Below are positions 26,233 through 37,934 of a stretch of 64,000 nt of DNA, one piece after another (within the stretch, counting starts at the first letter, position 1; every line of letters starts with the position of its first letter). The translations under genes were made by a program, and so were the position numbers. This DNA is from an uncultured Verrucomicrobiae bacterium. Its GTDB lineage: Bacteria > Verrucomicrobiota > Verrucomicrobiia > Chthoniobacterales > UBA10450. The notes below the pieces were generated by a model. It did no database searches. It saw only the letters and a program-made list of their open reading frames with translations, and had not been told where the DNA came from. Where the stretch lies: assembly GCA_963815455.1 (NCBI GenBank), contig CAWFGO010000001.1, positions 1,408,001 through 1,472,000 on the forward strand, written 5' to 3'.

Positions 26233-29200
26233 ATGATTCAACTCAAACCAGGAATTGCGCCGGCATCGCTCAACAAACCCCGAAAATCGACCGATCGCCG
26301 CAAACAACGGAGCCAAAAAAAGAAAAATCCGGGCTTGCATTTTCAGCGTGTTTTTAGCGACCCGGCGGTGTCGCCATTCGATCAAATCGAATGGGAGCGT
26401 CGCACGGCGGAGATCGGCGACGACGGCGGCAAAGTCATTTTCAAGCAGGAAAATGTCGAAGTTCCGAAGAGTTGGACGGCTCTGGCTACGAAGATCGCGG
26501 TCTCGAAATATTTTTACGGCGACATCAGTCACGGCACCGACCCGAGCAAGAATGGCCGGGAAACTTCGGTGCGCCAACTGATTCAGCGGGTGACGCGAAC
26601 GATCGCGGATTGGGGAATTGCCGATGGCTACTTTGCCGATACGGAATCGGCGGACACGTTTTACAACGAGCTGACCTGGCTGTGCCTGAATCAGTTCGGG
26701 GCCTTCAATTCGCCGGTCTGGTTCAATGTCGGTCTTTATCATGAGTACGGAGTGGGCCGGAACGCCGGAGCGGGCAATTACTTTTACAACCGAGAGAGCG
26801 GCCAAGCGGAGCGCGCGGCCACTCAGTACGAATACCCCCAGGGCAGCGCCTGTTTCATCCAAAGTGTTAACGACACGATGGAAGACATCATGCGACTTGC
26901 CACGAGCGAAGCAATGCTCTTCAAGTACGGCAGCGGCACCGGCAGCGATCTTTCCACCTTAAGATCGACCAGGGAAAAATTGAGTGGTGGTGGGAAACCG
27001 AGCGGGCCGCTGTCGTTCCTGAAAGTTTACGATCAGGTGGCCAACGTGGTGAAGAGCGGCGGCAAAACGCGACGCGCGGCCAAGATGAACACGCTCAAGG
27101 ATTGGCACCCCGACATCGAGGAGTTCATCGATGCGAAACAGAAGGAAGAGAAAAAAGCGTGGGCGCTAATCGAGAGCGGTTACGACGGCAGTTACAACGG
27201 CGACGCCTACGGGTCGGTCATGTATCAGAACGAAAACCTGAGCGTCCGGGTGAGCGACGAGTTCATGGAAGCCGCTCTGGAAGGCCGCGAATGGTGGACG
27301 CGCCGCGTCACTGACGGTCAACCGTGCGAGAAAAAGGAGGCGCGCGCGTTGCTCCGCAAAATCGCCGAGGGCACCTACGTCTGCGGTGATCCCGGGATGC
27401 AGTTCGACACCACGATTCACAAATGGCACACCTGCAAGGGGACGGACCGGCAAAATTCAACGAATCCGTGTTCGGAATATCTTTTTCTCGATGACACCGC
27501 GTGCAACCTGGCCTCGCTCAATTTGATGAAATTCAAGGACGAAGACGGCGCGTTCGATGTGAAGCGATTCAAGTCGGCGGTGCGGGTGTTCATTACGGCG
27601 CAGGAGATCATCGTCGATAACGCCAGTTATCCGATCAAAGAGATCGCCGAGAACTCGCACATTTTCCGCACCCTCGGGCTTGGTTACGCCAATCTCGGGT
27701 CGCTCATCATGAGTTACGGTTATGGATACGACAGCGTCGAAGGCCGGGCGATCTGCGGCGCGATCACGTCGATCATGACCGGCGAAGCCTACGAGCAAAG
27801 CGCGCGAATGGCGCGAGCCATGGGGCCGTTCCCCGGTTATCGCGACGCGCGTTGCAGCGGCGTGTCCAAGCCGGTCTCGAAGAACAACGTCGCGGCGATG
27901 CAGGAAGTGATCGATCTCCACCGTTGCGCGGTGAACGAAATCCCGGACACCGAGGAATTCGGATATTTGAAACAGGAGGCGAAGGAGGTCTGGAACAGCG
28001 CAGCCGAGCTGGGCAAACGCTACGGTTATCGCAACGCCCAGGTCACGGTGCTCGCGCCTACCGGCACGATCAGTTTCCTGATGGATTGCGACACTACCGG
28101 GATCGAGCCCGACATCGCGCTGGTGAAATACAAACTGCTCGCCGGCGGCGGCATGTTGAAAATCGTTAACCAAACGGTCAAACTTGCGCTGGAAAAACTC
28201 GGTTACAATTCCGAGGAGGTCGAACGGATCATCGCGCATATCGACGCCTTCGACACCATCGAGGACGTGACCGATACCGACGGTTCGAATATTTCGTCAG
28301 GGCTGAAACCGGAACATCTCTCCATTTTCGATTGCGCGTTCAAGCCGTTTAAGGGCGAGCGCAGTCTTAATTACATGGCGCATCTGCGGATGATGGCCGC
28401 GGCTCAACCGTTCCTGAGCGGCGCCATTTCGAAGACGGTGAACCTGCCGGAAGCGGCCACCGTCGATGAAATCATGAACGCTTACGTCGAAGGCTGGCGG
28501 CTCGGGCTGAAATCGGTCGCCATGTATCGCGACGCCTCCAAGCGGTCCGCGCCGTTGAACACGCGCAAGACGAAAGACATGGGCGGCGCCGATGCTGACG
28601 CCGCTGGCGCGGATGTCATGGTCGAACCCGCTGAGCTTCAGCAGCGCATCCTCGAGCTCGAAGAAGAATTGTCGATGTTGCGCGGCAAACTGGACCGACC
28701 GTTGCGGCATCGGATGCCCGACACCCGGATGTCGTTAACGCACAAGTTCGAGATCGCCGGACACGAAGGCTACATCACCGTCGGTCTCTACGAGGATGGA
28801 ATGCCGGGCGAGTTATTCATTCAGATGTCGAAGGAAGGCAGCACCATCGGCGGGCTCATGGACACAATCGGCACGCTGACCTCGGTCTCGTTGCAGTACG
28901 GCGTGCCATTGGAGAACCTGGTGAAGAAATTCGCCTATCAACGGTTCGAGCCGAGCGGGTTCACCAAAAATCCCGATATTCGCAGCGCCACCAGCATCAC
29001 CGATTACGTATTTCGCTGGCTCGGTTGCCAGTTCATCAAAGGGTACAAGGAAGCGACCTCGCCCAACCGCGGTCAGCCGGAACTGCCGATGAAAGAAATC
29101 GCCGAGATCGAAAAGAAGGCTGTTAACCGTCCCGTGCCCGATCTCTCTCGGACCGGCGAAAAAGAGCTGATCGACGTGATCACCAGCGACCACTCCCCGC

Positions 29201-29391
29201 ATGACGGCTCACCCCAATTTAAGGCCAGCTCCCCCGAAAGCATTCGGGGCAGCCACGCCGAGCGAGTCAAAGAAGCGCTCGGCAACATGTTCATGGACAT
29301 CACGTGCTCGGTCTGCGGCAGCACCAAAGTCATCCGCGCCGGCGCCTGCGGCGTCTGTACCGAATGCGGCACTAGCCAAGGCTGCAGCTAA
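26233..29391 (+). CDS. nrdJ: Class II (adenosylcobalamin-dependent) ribonucleotide reductase
   Basis: FNSPVWFN, SACFI, GGKTRRAAKM, TNPCSEY, ACNLASLNL, LGLGYANLG, APTGTIS, SGAISKTVN, TSCPD-like C-terminal domain with C..C/C..C. Confidence 0.96.
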   Translation: MIQLKPGIAPASLNKPRKSTDRRKQRSQKKKNPGLHFQRVFSDPAVSPFDQIEWERRTAEIGDDGGKVIFKQENVEVPKSWTALATKIAVSKYFYGDISHGTDPSKNGRETSVRQLIQRVTRTIADWGIADGYFADTESADTFYNELTWLCLNQFGAFNSPVWFNVGLYHEYGVGRNAGAGNYFYNRESGQAERAATQYEYPQGSACFIQSVNDTMEDIMRLATSEAMLFKYGSGTGSDLSTLRSTREKLSGGGKPSGPLSFLKVYDQVANVVKSGGKTRRAAKMNTLKDWHPDIEEFIDAKQKEEKKAWALIESGYDGSYNGDAYGSVMYQNENLSVRVSDEFMEAALEGREWWTRRVTDGQPCEKKEARALLRKIAEGTYVCGDPGMQFDTTIHKWHTCKGTDRQNSTNPCSEYLFLDDTACNLASLNLMKFKDEDGAFDVKRFKSAVRVFITAQEIIVDNASYPIKEIAENSHIFRTLGLGYANLGSLIMSYGYGYDSVEGRAICGAITSIMTGEAYEQSARMARAMGPFPGYRDARCSGVSKPVSKNNVAAMQEVIDLHRCAVNEIPDTEEFGYLKQEAKEVWNSAAELGKRYGYRNAQVTVLAPTGTISFLMDCDTTGIEPDIALVKYKLLAGGGMLKIVNQTVKLALEKLGYNSEEVERIIAHIDAFDTIEDVTDTDGSNISSGLKPEHLSIFDCAFKPFKGERSLNYMAHLRMMAAAQPFLSGAISKTVNLPEAATVDEIMNAYVEGWRLGLKSVAMYRDASKRSAPLNTRKTKDMGGADADAAGADVMVEPAELQQRILELEEELSMLRGKLDRPLRHRMPDTRMSLTHKFEIAGHEGYITVGLYEDGMPGELFIQMSKEGSTIGGLMDTIGTLTSVSLQYGVPLENLVKKFAYQRFEPSGFTKNPDIRSATSITDYVFRWLGCQFIKGYKEATSPNRGQPELPMKEIAEIEKKAVNRPVPDLSRTGEKELIDVITSDHSPHDGSPQFKASSPESIRGSHAERVKEALGNMFMDITCSVCGSTKVIRAGACGVCTECGTSQGCS

Positions 29392-29505
29392 GACGGATCC
29401 TAGTCGTCTTTGATTCGCTCGTATTGGACAGGCGCGCTCTGCTCGCTACAATGGCTGCCTCGCCGTTTCGGCTTTGAAGCTTTTCAGGATCGGCGGCCAA
29501 TTCTT

Positions 29506-31287
29506 ATGACTGAGACGGAAGCGCAACGGCAAAAGGAGATTCAACAGGCGGAGGAGCTGCTTTTTAGCGGGCCGCAGGCGGTGGGGTTTGCCAAGGGGCT
29601 TTTCCAGGGGCATTTCGTGTCCGACTGGGTGATGCCGTATCCGCGGATTGCGTCGTCGGAACAACCGGAGATTGATCGGACGCTGGCTGAGCTGCGGGAT
29701 TTTCTCGATAAGAATCTTGATCCGGCGGAGATCGATCGCATCGCGGATATTCCGCGGAGCGTGATCGACGGACTGGGGCGCGTGGGTGTGCTCGGGGCGA
29801 CGGCGCCGAAAGAAATTGGCGGTCACGGGTTTTCGCAGTTGGCTAACTGCAAGATCCTTGAGGAGATCGGGACCCGGTGTGCATCGACATCGGTATTTGT
29901 TAACGCGCATCATTCGATCGGCATCCGGGCATTGCTGTTGTTTGGGACGGACGAACAAAAACGGCGTTGGCTCCCGAAACTGGTCACTGGTGAACAGCTC
30001 GCGGCCTTTGCCCTGACCGAACCCGAGGCGGGTTCGGATGCCGGCAACGTGCAAATGACGGCAACGCCGAGCGCGGATGGCTCGCACTTTGTTTTGAACG
30101 GCGAGAAGCGTTACATCACCAACGCGGCGATCGCGCAGGTGCTTACGGTCATGGCGCGAACGCCGGTGCCGGGCTCGGACAAGACTGCGATCACGGCGTT
30201 TCTGGTCACGCCGGACATGCCGGGATTCAACATGATCGAAGGCCGGATGCCGAAGCTCGGGATTCGCGGGACGGCGACGGCGCGGTTCGAATTGCGCGAT
30301 GTGAAAGTGCCAAAGGAGAACGTTCTCGGGAAACTGGGCAAAGGCCTGAAGGTCGCGCTGACGGTGCTCGATTTCGGTCGGACCACTTTTGGCGCGTGCT
30401 GCACTGGGAGCGCGAAGACGTGTTTGAAGCTCGCGGTCGAGCACGCGAACACGCGAAAACAGTTCAATAAGACGCTGGGCAACTTTCATTTGGTCAAAAA
30501 GAAAATCGCCAAGATGGCGGCGGACGCCTACGCGATGGAAGCAATGACCACGATGACGGCGGGGTTCATCGATCGCGGTCTGGAAGATTACATGATGGAA
30601 ACGGCGATGTTGAAGGTGTTCACGACCGAGCGGCTGTGGGAAATCATCAACGAGACGTTCCAGATCCACGGCGGCTCGGCGTATTTTAACGATTCACCGC
30701 TCGAGCGGATGTTGCGGGACGCGCGGATCAATCAGATCGGCGAAGGGAGCAACGAGGTGCTCACGTCGTTCGTCGCACTGGTCGGAATGCGTGGGCCGGG
30801 CATGGAGTTCAAGGAAATTTACGACACGATGTTGAAACCGACGCGCGAAGGCGGGATTGGCAAGGCGTGGACGGCGGGGATGAATCGATTAGGAGCGAGC
30901 ATTCGCACGCCCGACGTGCCGGTGCAGAGCGAGCAGCTCAAATCCCGGGCGGGACAACTGGGCAGGTTGATTTGGCGTTTCAATTTTGCCGTGAACAAAT
31001 CGCTGATCGCGTATCGGGAACCGATTCTCGATATGCAGCTGGTCCAGGAACGAATCGCCAACACGGCCATGGATCTTTTTGCATCGACATGCGTGTTGAG
31101 CCGTTGGGAATCCGAGCTGCAATCGGCGCGTCGCAATGGCCAATCGGCGCCATCGGAGCACAAGGCGGCGGATCTTTTCCTTCGCCAATCGTTCAGGCGA
31201 ATTCGCGGTTTCCTCGACGGCCTAAGTCAGAACGACGACAAAGCCGTGCTGGACACGGCTGATTCGGTGCTGGGGAAATCTCATTAG
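29506..31287 (+). CDS. Acyl-CoA dehydrogenase (VLCAD/ACAD9-like)
   Basis: AFALTEPEAGSDA, LNGEKRYITN, KLGIRG, LDFGR, RKQF, QIHGG, RDARINQIGEGSNE. Confidence 0.94.
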   Translation: MTETEAQRQKEIQQAEELLFSGPQAVGFAKGLFQGHFVSDWVMPYPRIASSEQPEIDRTLAELRDFLDKNLDPAEIDRIADIPRSVIDGLGRVGVLGATAPKEIGGHGFSQLANCKILEEIGTRCASTSVFVNAHHSIGIRALLLFGTDEQKRRWLPKLVTGEQLAAFALTEPEAGSDAGNVQMTATPSADGSHFVLNGEKRYITNAAIAQVLTVMARTPVPGSDKTAITAFLVTPDMPGFNMIEGRMPKLGIRGTATARFELRDVKVPKENVLGKLGKGLKVALTVLDFGRTTFGACCTGSAKTCLKLAVEHANTRKQFNKTLGNFHLVKKKIAKMAADAYAMEAMTTMTAGFIDRGLEDYMMETAMLKVFTTERLWEIINETFQIHGGSAYFNDSPLERMLRDARINQIGEGSNEVLTSFVALVGMRGPGMEFKEIYDTMLKPTREGGIGKAWTAGMNRLGASIRTPDVPVQSEQLKSRAGQLGRLIWRFNFAVNKSLIAYREPILDMQLVQERIANTAMDLFASTCVLSRWESELQSARRNGQSAPSEHKAADLFLRQSFRRIRGFLDGLSQNDDKAVLDTADSVLGKSH

Positions 31288-31291
31288 CGTG

Positions 31292-31396
31292 GTGGATCGC
31301 GATCTCCGAGCGCGATGCTAACCCACCCGGCGCAAGCCGGACATTTAGCGCCTGAGGCGCTGTGTTTTCCCAACGCGCCCGGAGGTCGCGTTCCAC
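31292..31396. repeat. GTGG...CCAC REP doublet
   Basis: GTGGATCGCGATCTCCGAGCGCGAT ... AACGCGCCCGGAGGTCGCGTTCCAC; related to the REP in pstC. Confidence 0.75.
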
Positions 31397-31437
31397 CGGC
31401 CCAAAAGCTGGCCCGGTTTTAGCTGCAAAGGTGGGGC

Positions 31438-32193
31438 ATGTACCTCACCACCCTCAAAGCAAAGGCGGCTAATTTTGTCCATCTTAGCAGGAAGTCCGAA
31501 TGTTCTTCCTGGGAAAATTTCGTGCTGGAAGTTTGTCCGGCCGGGAGACATGTGCTGCAGATCGGGAACGGTCACGCTCGAATCGTTGGCGATCTTAAAC
31601 GCAACTTCTGCCACGTTACGGAGCGCGTTTTCGCGGAGAGCTCTCGGCCGACAGGATCGACATCGGCCGCGTCCGCATTACCGGAGAACGTGGCGTGGTT
31701 CGATCGAATCCTCTTGCTGGATCTAGTCGAGCAGTTGCCTGATCCCGAAACTTTCATGGAGACACTGCGCGAGAAAATGGCGCGGTGCGGATCGGAGGTA
31801 ATCGTTACAGCATCGAATGCCCGGTCTCGGACCGCGCGATTTGTGAGCACACTTTTCAAATGTAGTTCCAATCGCAACGGAAACGGAACTTCCAGAGTCG
31901 GACGCCGACATTCTTTCACCTTCAAGTCTTTGTGTCTATTGCTGGAGCGGGCCGGCTACGAGATTTTGGAAGCGCGAGGCGTTTCGGCGCCGCGTCCATC
32001 TGTTATCAAACAGACTGCTCGGGGCCGGGCGTTGGCGAAGCTCGATCAACTTTTGCTCAAGGCATCGAAGCATTTGTTCTCGGATCAAATCTGCCTGCGA
32101 GTCCGGCCGGTTGCCGCTGGACGACGGGTTTTCCAACAGTCGGCCACGACTACGATGACGTTGCATCCGCAAGCGCTTGGCCGGGTTGCCTAA
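31438..32193 (+). CDS. Degenerate class I SAM-methyltransferase-like protein
   Basis: VLQIGNG (degenerate motif I), FDRILLLDLVEQLPDPE, FTFKSLCLLLERAGYEI. Confidence 0.55.
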   Translation: MYLTTLKAKAANFVHLSRKSECSSWENFVLEVCPAGRHVLQIGNGHARIVGDLKRNFCHVTERVFAESSRPTGSTSAASALPENVAWFDRILLLDLVEQLPDPETFMETLREKMARCGSEVIVTASNARSRTARFVSTLFKCSSNRNGNGTSRVGRRHSFTFKSLCLLLERAGYEILEARGVSAPRPSVIKQTARGRALAKLDQLLLKASKHLFSDQICLRVRPVAAGRRVFQQSATTTMTLHPQALGRVA

Positions 32194-32238
32194 GGCAGGC
32201 GGCAGTCGGATGGCTCATTTCTAGCTCTCAAGAAGCTC

Positions 32239-33554
32239 ATGCGCCTAAATGAGCTGGAACTCAGCGCGCCCGCGGCGGTGACCTTTGGCCAAGCGACGGC
32301 GCCCCCCCCGCGTCTGGAATCATCGACGCGCCAACCTTGGCTGGCCGAAATCGCACGAACATCGGGCCCCCGAGTCCTGCTGGGATCGATTATCGCCATC
32401 GGGATCTTGCTCCGGCTGTTTTTGCCCAGTGGGTTCACATCTGTGGGGTTCGATGAAAATCTGTACCGCACCTATATCGGAGCGCTTGATGAAGTCGGCG
32501 TCTCGAAATATCCGGCCTTGATTGATGGATTCATCACGAATCAGCTCAACCCGCATCACCAGGCGATTCTGCCTCCCACCCGCATCTTCTACATTGTAGG
32601 CGGCTATCTTTACCATCACCTCTTCGGGATGGCTCCGTTGACCGCCTTACACAGCCTCTCGTGTCACTTTAGCATTTTGACGCTGGTGATTTCAGCGGCT
32701 TTTTGCTGGCGCCTAACGAAGCGCTGGGATTTCACCGCGGCGGTCACCGCGTTGGTTGCGTTCGCGCCGACTCAAATCCACATCGGGCAACACGCACTGA
32801 TCGACGGCGTTTTCGGCTTTTGGGCGCTTCTGGTGATCTGGTTGCTATGGGAAAACCTGAGACAGCCAAATTCTGTCCGCTGGCTGGTCGGTTATGGGGC
32901 GGCGCTGGCCGCTCTGGTGATGACAAAAGAAAACGCCTTCTTTGTTTTCCTGGCTGTTCTGGGAATACTTGTCGGCAACCGCTGGCTTAAACTGGGCTGC
33001 GTTACCCGCCAGCTCGTGCTGACATCTTTTGCCGGGGCAACCATTGGTTTTGCCATTGTTGTGATAGCGGCAGGAGGTTTCGAACAATTTGTGCTGGTGT
33101 TCGAACTGCTCCGGCAAAAGGTCCCGATTTTGCCCTACACCATTCACACTGGAGGCGGACCGTGGCATCGCTATTTGGTAGATATCGTCCTAGTCAGCCC
33201 GATCATCACCGTCCTGGCTGTGGCAAACGTGCTTCGGCCCGGCCCTCCGCGGATCGCGGCCGTCGCTATTTGGCGGCGTTCTGCTGCCTGAGCTACGCCG
33301 TGTTAACCGCGTTTCCGGACGGAATGAACCTTCGATACATCGTGATGCTGGACATGCCGATGCGATTTCTCGCGGTGACCCAGTTATTCGCCTTGAGCGC
33401 AAACTGGGCGCACCTGCGAAAGCCACTGCTGACCGCCGCGGTGTTGCTCTTGTGCGCCTACGATTTGCGACAACACAATGTCCTTTTCGTCAAAGGCGGT
33501 TTGTACGAGCTGGTTACCGAAGGTTTGGTGCGCACTCAGGGAATCGTCAAATGA
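32239..33554 (+). CDS. GT-C (ArnT/PMT-like) multi-TM glycosyltransferase, frameshift near 33240
   Basis: GFDENLY loop after TM1, many TM helices, VMTKENA; C-terminus continues in 33162-33554 frame. Confidence 0.7.
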
Positions 33555-35055
33555 ACAGGAACATTCTCCTGCCATCCGCTTCAATTGGACAGGCCGCGCT
33601 CGCGCCCGGGCTGCACGTGTTCCCAGCGCCGGGCGAGCTGGAAACCAATCCACTGCTCGAGCGACACATCGAACAAGCCGCGACGTTTTACGACAATCAC
33701 GCTGTGCCCGAAACCTGGTTCGGGCGGCAGTACAGGCAACGCCTCGCGCATTACTACCGGGACTGGATTCCGGCGGATGCAAGCCTGTGCGAAATCGGGT
33801 GCGGCAGCGGAGCCTTGCTCGAACTTCTCCCTAACCGTGACGTTAGCGGAATAGACGTTTCGCGAGTGCAGATCGAACACGCCCGCAGGCGAATTCCCCG
33901 CGGGAGTTTCCACCGGGGCGCCGGCGAGACCTTCATCTTCAAGCGGACATTCGATTTCATTATCATATCCGAAACAATCAATTTGGCGGGCGACGTGCAG
34001 CGGATGTTCGAAAATATTCGGCAGTGCTCGCGCGGCGATACCCGATTGGTGCTGAATTTTTACAATACGCTGTGGAAACCTTTGTTGGGCCTGGCGACGG
34101 CGCTGGGCTTGAAATCCAGGCAGCCGGAATTGAACTGGCTTAGCCGGGCGGATGTTCGGAACCTGCTGGCGCTTGCTGACTGGGAGGTCGTCCGGGAAGA
34201 AGCGCGCGTGCTGATGCCGGTCCCGTTTCTTGGCCTGGACAGGCTGCTCAATCGGTTTCTGGCGCCCATACTGCCCTCATTCTGTCTAACCATTTTCATG
34301 GTGTGCCGTCCGATTTTTCATGGCTCCGGGCATGGGAAAAAAACTGTGTCGATCCTCATCCCCGCGAGAAACGAGGCCGGAAACATTGAAGCCGCCGTGC
34401 AGCGGGTCGGCCGGTTTGCGTCAAAAGGTGAGATCATTTTTGTGGAAGGGCACTCGCAAGATAACACTTGGGCCGAGATCGAGCGGGTGCGTGACAGGTA
34501 TTGTCACCTGGATATCCGGGCCGTGCGGCAGACCGGGCGCGGAAAGGGCAACGCGGTGCCGAAGGATTTGCCATCGCGCGGGGCGATCTCCTGATGATTC
34601 TCGACGCCGATCTGACAATGCCCCCGGAAGAACTGGAGAAGTTTTACGAGGTTGCAGCTTCCGGCAAAGGCGATTTCGCGAATGGCGTGCGGCTCGTCTA
34701 CCCGATGGAGGGCGAGGCGATGCAATTTTGTAATATGGTCGCGAACAAGCTTTTTGGTTATGCCTTTACATGGCTTCTCGGCCAACCGGTAAAAGATACA
34801 CTTTGCGGAACGAAAGTGCTTCCCCGCCGGGGACTACGAAAAGATTGTCCGGCACCGTAGTTTCTTTGGCGACTTCAACCCGTTCGGCGACTTCGACCTG
34901 CTCTTCGGAGCGAGCAAGCAACACTTAAAGATTGTCGATGTGCCGATCCGCTACCGGGACCGGCAGTATGGATCGACCAACATCCAGCGTTGGCGCACGG
35001 CCTCCTCCTATTGCGAATGGTCTGGTTCGCTGCTCGCAAAATCAAATTCATCTGA
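33551..35055 (+). CDS. SAM-methyltransferase / GT2 (polyprenol-phosphate glycosyltransferase-like) fusion, frameshifted
   Basis: CEIGCGSG; SILIPARNEAGNI, FVEGHSQDNT, GKGNAV; ILDADLTMPPEEL; DTLCGTKV; PFGDFDLLFGA; VPIRYRDRQYGSTNI. Confidence 0.85.
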
Positions 35056-35056
35056 C

Positions 35057-35815
35057 ATGGAAGCTGTCTGTTCGCTCGCCCAGCACAATATTGAAATTCA
35101 CGAGAATCGCCGCTCGTGGGTAGGCAAGCCGGTTCTGCAAAAAATCTATAGAGGATTCCATCGTCAGATCGCGCGCGCGTGCCGCCACGACCTGACTGGT
35201 CCGACGGTCGAGATAGGCTCAGGCCTGGGCCAGATCAAAACGGTGATACCCGATTGCATTACGACCAACGTCTTGCCAAATCCGTGGCTGGACCAGACCG
35301 AAAACGCGTATCGCTTATCGTTTGGCAATGACTCGGTCGCGAATCTCATTCTGTTCGACGTTTGGCATCATCTGCGTTATCCCGGCACCGCACTCATGGA
35401 GTTCCAAAGGGTTCTCTCCGCCGGCGGTAGGCTGATCATTTTTGACCCCTGCATGAGCCTGGTAGGGCTGATCGTCTATGGTCTGTTTCATCACGAACCG
35501 CTCGGTCTGCGCAATCCAATCACGTGGTTCGCGCCGGAGAATTGGGATACTGGGAGCGCCGATTACTATGCCGCCGCCGGAAACGCATGGCGCGTTTTTT
35601 GTCGGTCGCGCCGCCGTCAGCTTTGCGGTTGGCGAACAGTGAGCGTTCGGCGTGCGGCGGCCCTTTCGTACGTCGCTTCAGGTGGGTTTCGCGCCCCGCA
35701 ACTTTATCCCTTGGTCATGTTGCCGACGCTCCAGCGCATCGATGCCATGCTGGATCATGCGCCGGCACTCTTCGCTACCAGATTACTGGTTGTTCTGGAA
35801 AAGGCGGCCCGATAA
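35057..35815 (+). CDS. Class I SAM-dependent methyltransferase
   Basis: VEIGSGLG, LFDVWHHL, FQRVLSAGGRLIIFDP. Confidence 0.85.
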   Translation: MEAVCSLAQHNIEIHENRRSWVGKPVLQKIYRGFHRQIARACRHDLTGPTVEIGSGLGQIKTVIPDCITTNVLPNPWLDQTENAYRLSFGNDSVANLILFDVWHHLRYPGTALMEFQRVLSAGGRLIIFDPCMSLVGLIVYGLFHHEPLGLRNPITWFAPENWDTGSADYYAAAGNAWRVFCRSRRRQLCGWRTVSVRRAAALSYVASGGFRAPQLYPLVMLPTLQRIDAMLDHAPALFATRLLVVLEKAAR

Positions 35816-35873
35816 CGCGGTCGCGATCTTGCTGGGCTCAGCTTGGTCGTAAGAGAGGCGAGGCAAACAAAAC

Positions 35874-37727
35874 CTACTGCGAATACCGCGCGATCTCTTG
35901 CTGCAACTCGACGAATTCCGCTTGACCAGGAATAAGCTCGAGCGCCTTCGCAACTTCAGCTCCAGCGCGCTCGATGTCGCCGCCTTGAAAATGCGCTTCG
36001 GCGAGCAGGAAATAGGTTTTTGCGCTGCGCGGATTTTGTTGGAGAGCTTTGGCAAGAAAAGTCGCGGCGATGGTCCAGCGCTTTTCCTCCAGCGCGAGGA
36101 TACCGAGATTGTTGAAAGCGCCTTCGTGGTTGGGATCGAGCTGAAGCGTGACGCGGTAAAAGGATTTCGCCGCTGTTCTTTCGCTTTGCGCGAGACGCAA
36201 ATTACCTAGCGCAAAATTCGTTTCGGCGTTATCCGGCACGTAAGCGTAAGCAAGGCTGAGCTTGCGGTCCGCGGTGGCGAGGTCGTTTGATTCCAGCGCC
36301 CGCCAACCTGAGTTATAGCTATCGAGAGCCCATAGCGACGGATCGCGTTGCGGCCAACCGACGCAGATTGTCGAGCAAAGCAGCAGCGCGAGGTAAATTG
36401 CGGCAACCCGGAGCCTTTTCGTAGCGCAAGCCTGCCAGAAGATCGACAATCCGCAGGCGGCGAACAGGAGCAGGCCGGGCACGGCCGCAAGGCGGTAACG
36501 CTCGGTGACGAAAACCGGGAGCAGCGCAAACATGTGCAACAGGATCGCGGCCATAATCCATCGCGAGACCGGGAACTTGCGCCAGGCGATAAGCAGACCG
36601 GGAATGGCCAGCGCGGCGACAACTCCAAACGAAAGCCCGGGAAAAATGACGCCGTTTTCTCGCAGGGCGGTAATCATGCTGAGATCGTCGTACTGAAATG
36701 CGGCCCAAAAGTTTTTTGCCTTGGTGAGGAGCAACGTGAGCCAGTCGCCGAAATTATGCCGGATGTAATCTTTCGCTTTGCCCGACCAATAGGCCGAGAT
36801 TTCCGATCGCTTCAGTGAGTGCCCGGCGGCCTTTTCTGCTGCATCGATCGAATCGGTCAGCATGGCCTCCTGCCCGGCATGCAGGCCGGGCGGAAACCTG
36901 GGATAGCCGGTCGCGATCGGATTATTGCCGATCCAAAAATTGACGCCGCCATGGGCGGAGAGAAAGACGGGATCGCGCGCGACGAAATAATTATGCAGCC
37001 AGCAAGGCGAGGTCCCGACGCCGATTCCGGCAAAAAGAAGCGCCGCGGCAACGATGTTGGAAACGAACGGGCGCCCGCTCCCGGCTGGTTTGGGTTTCAA
37101 CAATATCGCGGCGAGCAGCAGCGGCACAAGAAAGAGGATCGTGGCCACGCCCATCGCGGCGAAACCCACAAACAGGCCGTACCCGAAACAGGCGAACCTG
37201 CCGGGTGCAAGGTCGCGTCGGACGGCGAGCCAGACGACCAGCCAGAAAACGAAAACGAGCCAGACGGTCGGCATTAGGATTACGGCGTAGGCTTGGGCGG
37301 GGGTAAAGAGCGCCCAGCCGAGGGCGGCCGAGGCCCCGACGATCGGCCCGGCCCGCGATGCGTTGCCGGGGCCATCGTTTGTTGCAAAAATTCGGACGCC
37401 TAGTTTGTAGATGATCACCGCCGTCCCCGCTTCCAGGCAGGCCTGAAGCAATCCGGGGATAAATGGGCCGTAACCGACAAGCTTGTAAATCAAGGCCAGC
37501 AGGTAGGCGTAGAGCGGCAACCCGTAGAACGCCAGGTGGTCGGTGAATTGACCTTCCAATATCCGCCGCGCCCACGCGTCGTAAAAATGCATATCTCCCC
37601 GTGTCGGCAGCAGGAAGGGAGACTCGGTCAATCGGACCAGGGCGGCGAGCCTAATGAGAAACACAACTGCGAAAATGCCATGAGCGGCCCCAAGGAAAGG
37701 CAAGAAGGCTGGCTTCAGGGATTTCAC
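35874..37727 (-). CDS. GT-C (ArnT-like) membrane glycosyltransferase with C-terminal TPR repeats
   Basis: GDMHFYDAWA, PLYAYLLA, GGVNFWIGNNP, ERYRL, TPRs (NFALGNL, FNNLGIL, YFLLAEA). Confidence 0.8.
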   Translation of the reverse strand: MKSLKPAFLPFLGAAHGIFAVVFLIRLAALVRLTESPFLLPTRGDMHFYDAWARRILEGQFTDHLAFYGLPLYAYLLALIYKLVGYGPFIPGLLQACLEAGTAVIIYKLGVRIFATNDGPGNASRAGPIVGASAALGWALFTPAQAYAVILMPTVWLVFVFWLVVWLAVRRDLAPGRFACFGYGLFVGFAAMGVATILFLVPLLLAAILLKPKPAGSGRPFVSNIVAAALLFAGIGVGTSPCWLHNYFVARDPVFLSAHGGVNFWIGNNPIATGYPRFPPGLHAGQEAMLTDSIDAAEKAAGHSLKRSEISAYWSGKAKDYIRHNFGDWLTLLLTKAKNFWAAFQYDDLSMITALRENGVIFPGLSFGVVAALAIPGLLIAWRKFPVSRWIMAAILLHMFALLPVFVTERYRLAAVPGLLLFAACGLSIFWQACATKRLRVAAIYLALLLCSTICVGWPQRDPSLWALDSYNSGWRALESNDLATADRKLSLAYAYVPDNAETNFALGNLRLAQSERTAAKSFYRVTLQLDPNHEGAFNNLGILALEEKRWTIAATFLAKALQQNPRSAKTYFLLAEAHFQGGDIERAGAEVAKALELIPGQAEFVELQQEIARYSQ

Positions 37728-37845
37728 GTGGGAACTAAAGCACGAAGCGTGCGCCAGACGGGCGTAGATGAGAGGGCCGGCCACCCCGATTTGGCGGCGA
37801 TCCCGGGGGTTGCGCCGTTGTAGAAACCATAAAAACAGCTCCTGC

Positions 37846-37862
37846 TTGGCACTAACACTGCT
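37846..37862 (+). promoter_or_regulatory. Sigma-54 -24/-12 promoter upstream of pilin genes
   Basis: TTGGCACTAACACTGCT = GG-N10-GC. Confidence 0.65.
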
Positions 37863-37934
37863 CTTTAAACGCCTGTTCGCGAAAAGTATCGCGGACCGCA
37901 ATCAAACACAAACCAAGGAAGAAGATACAACATC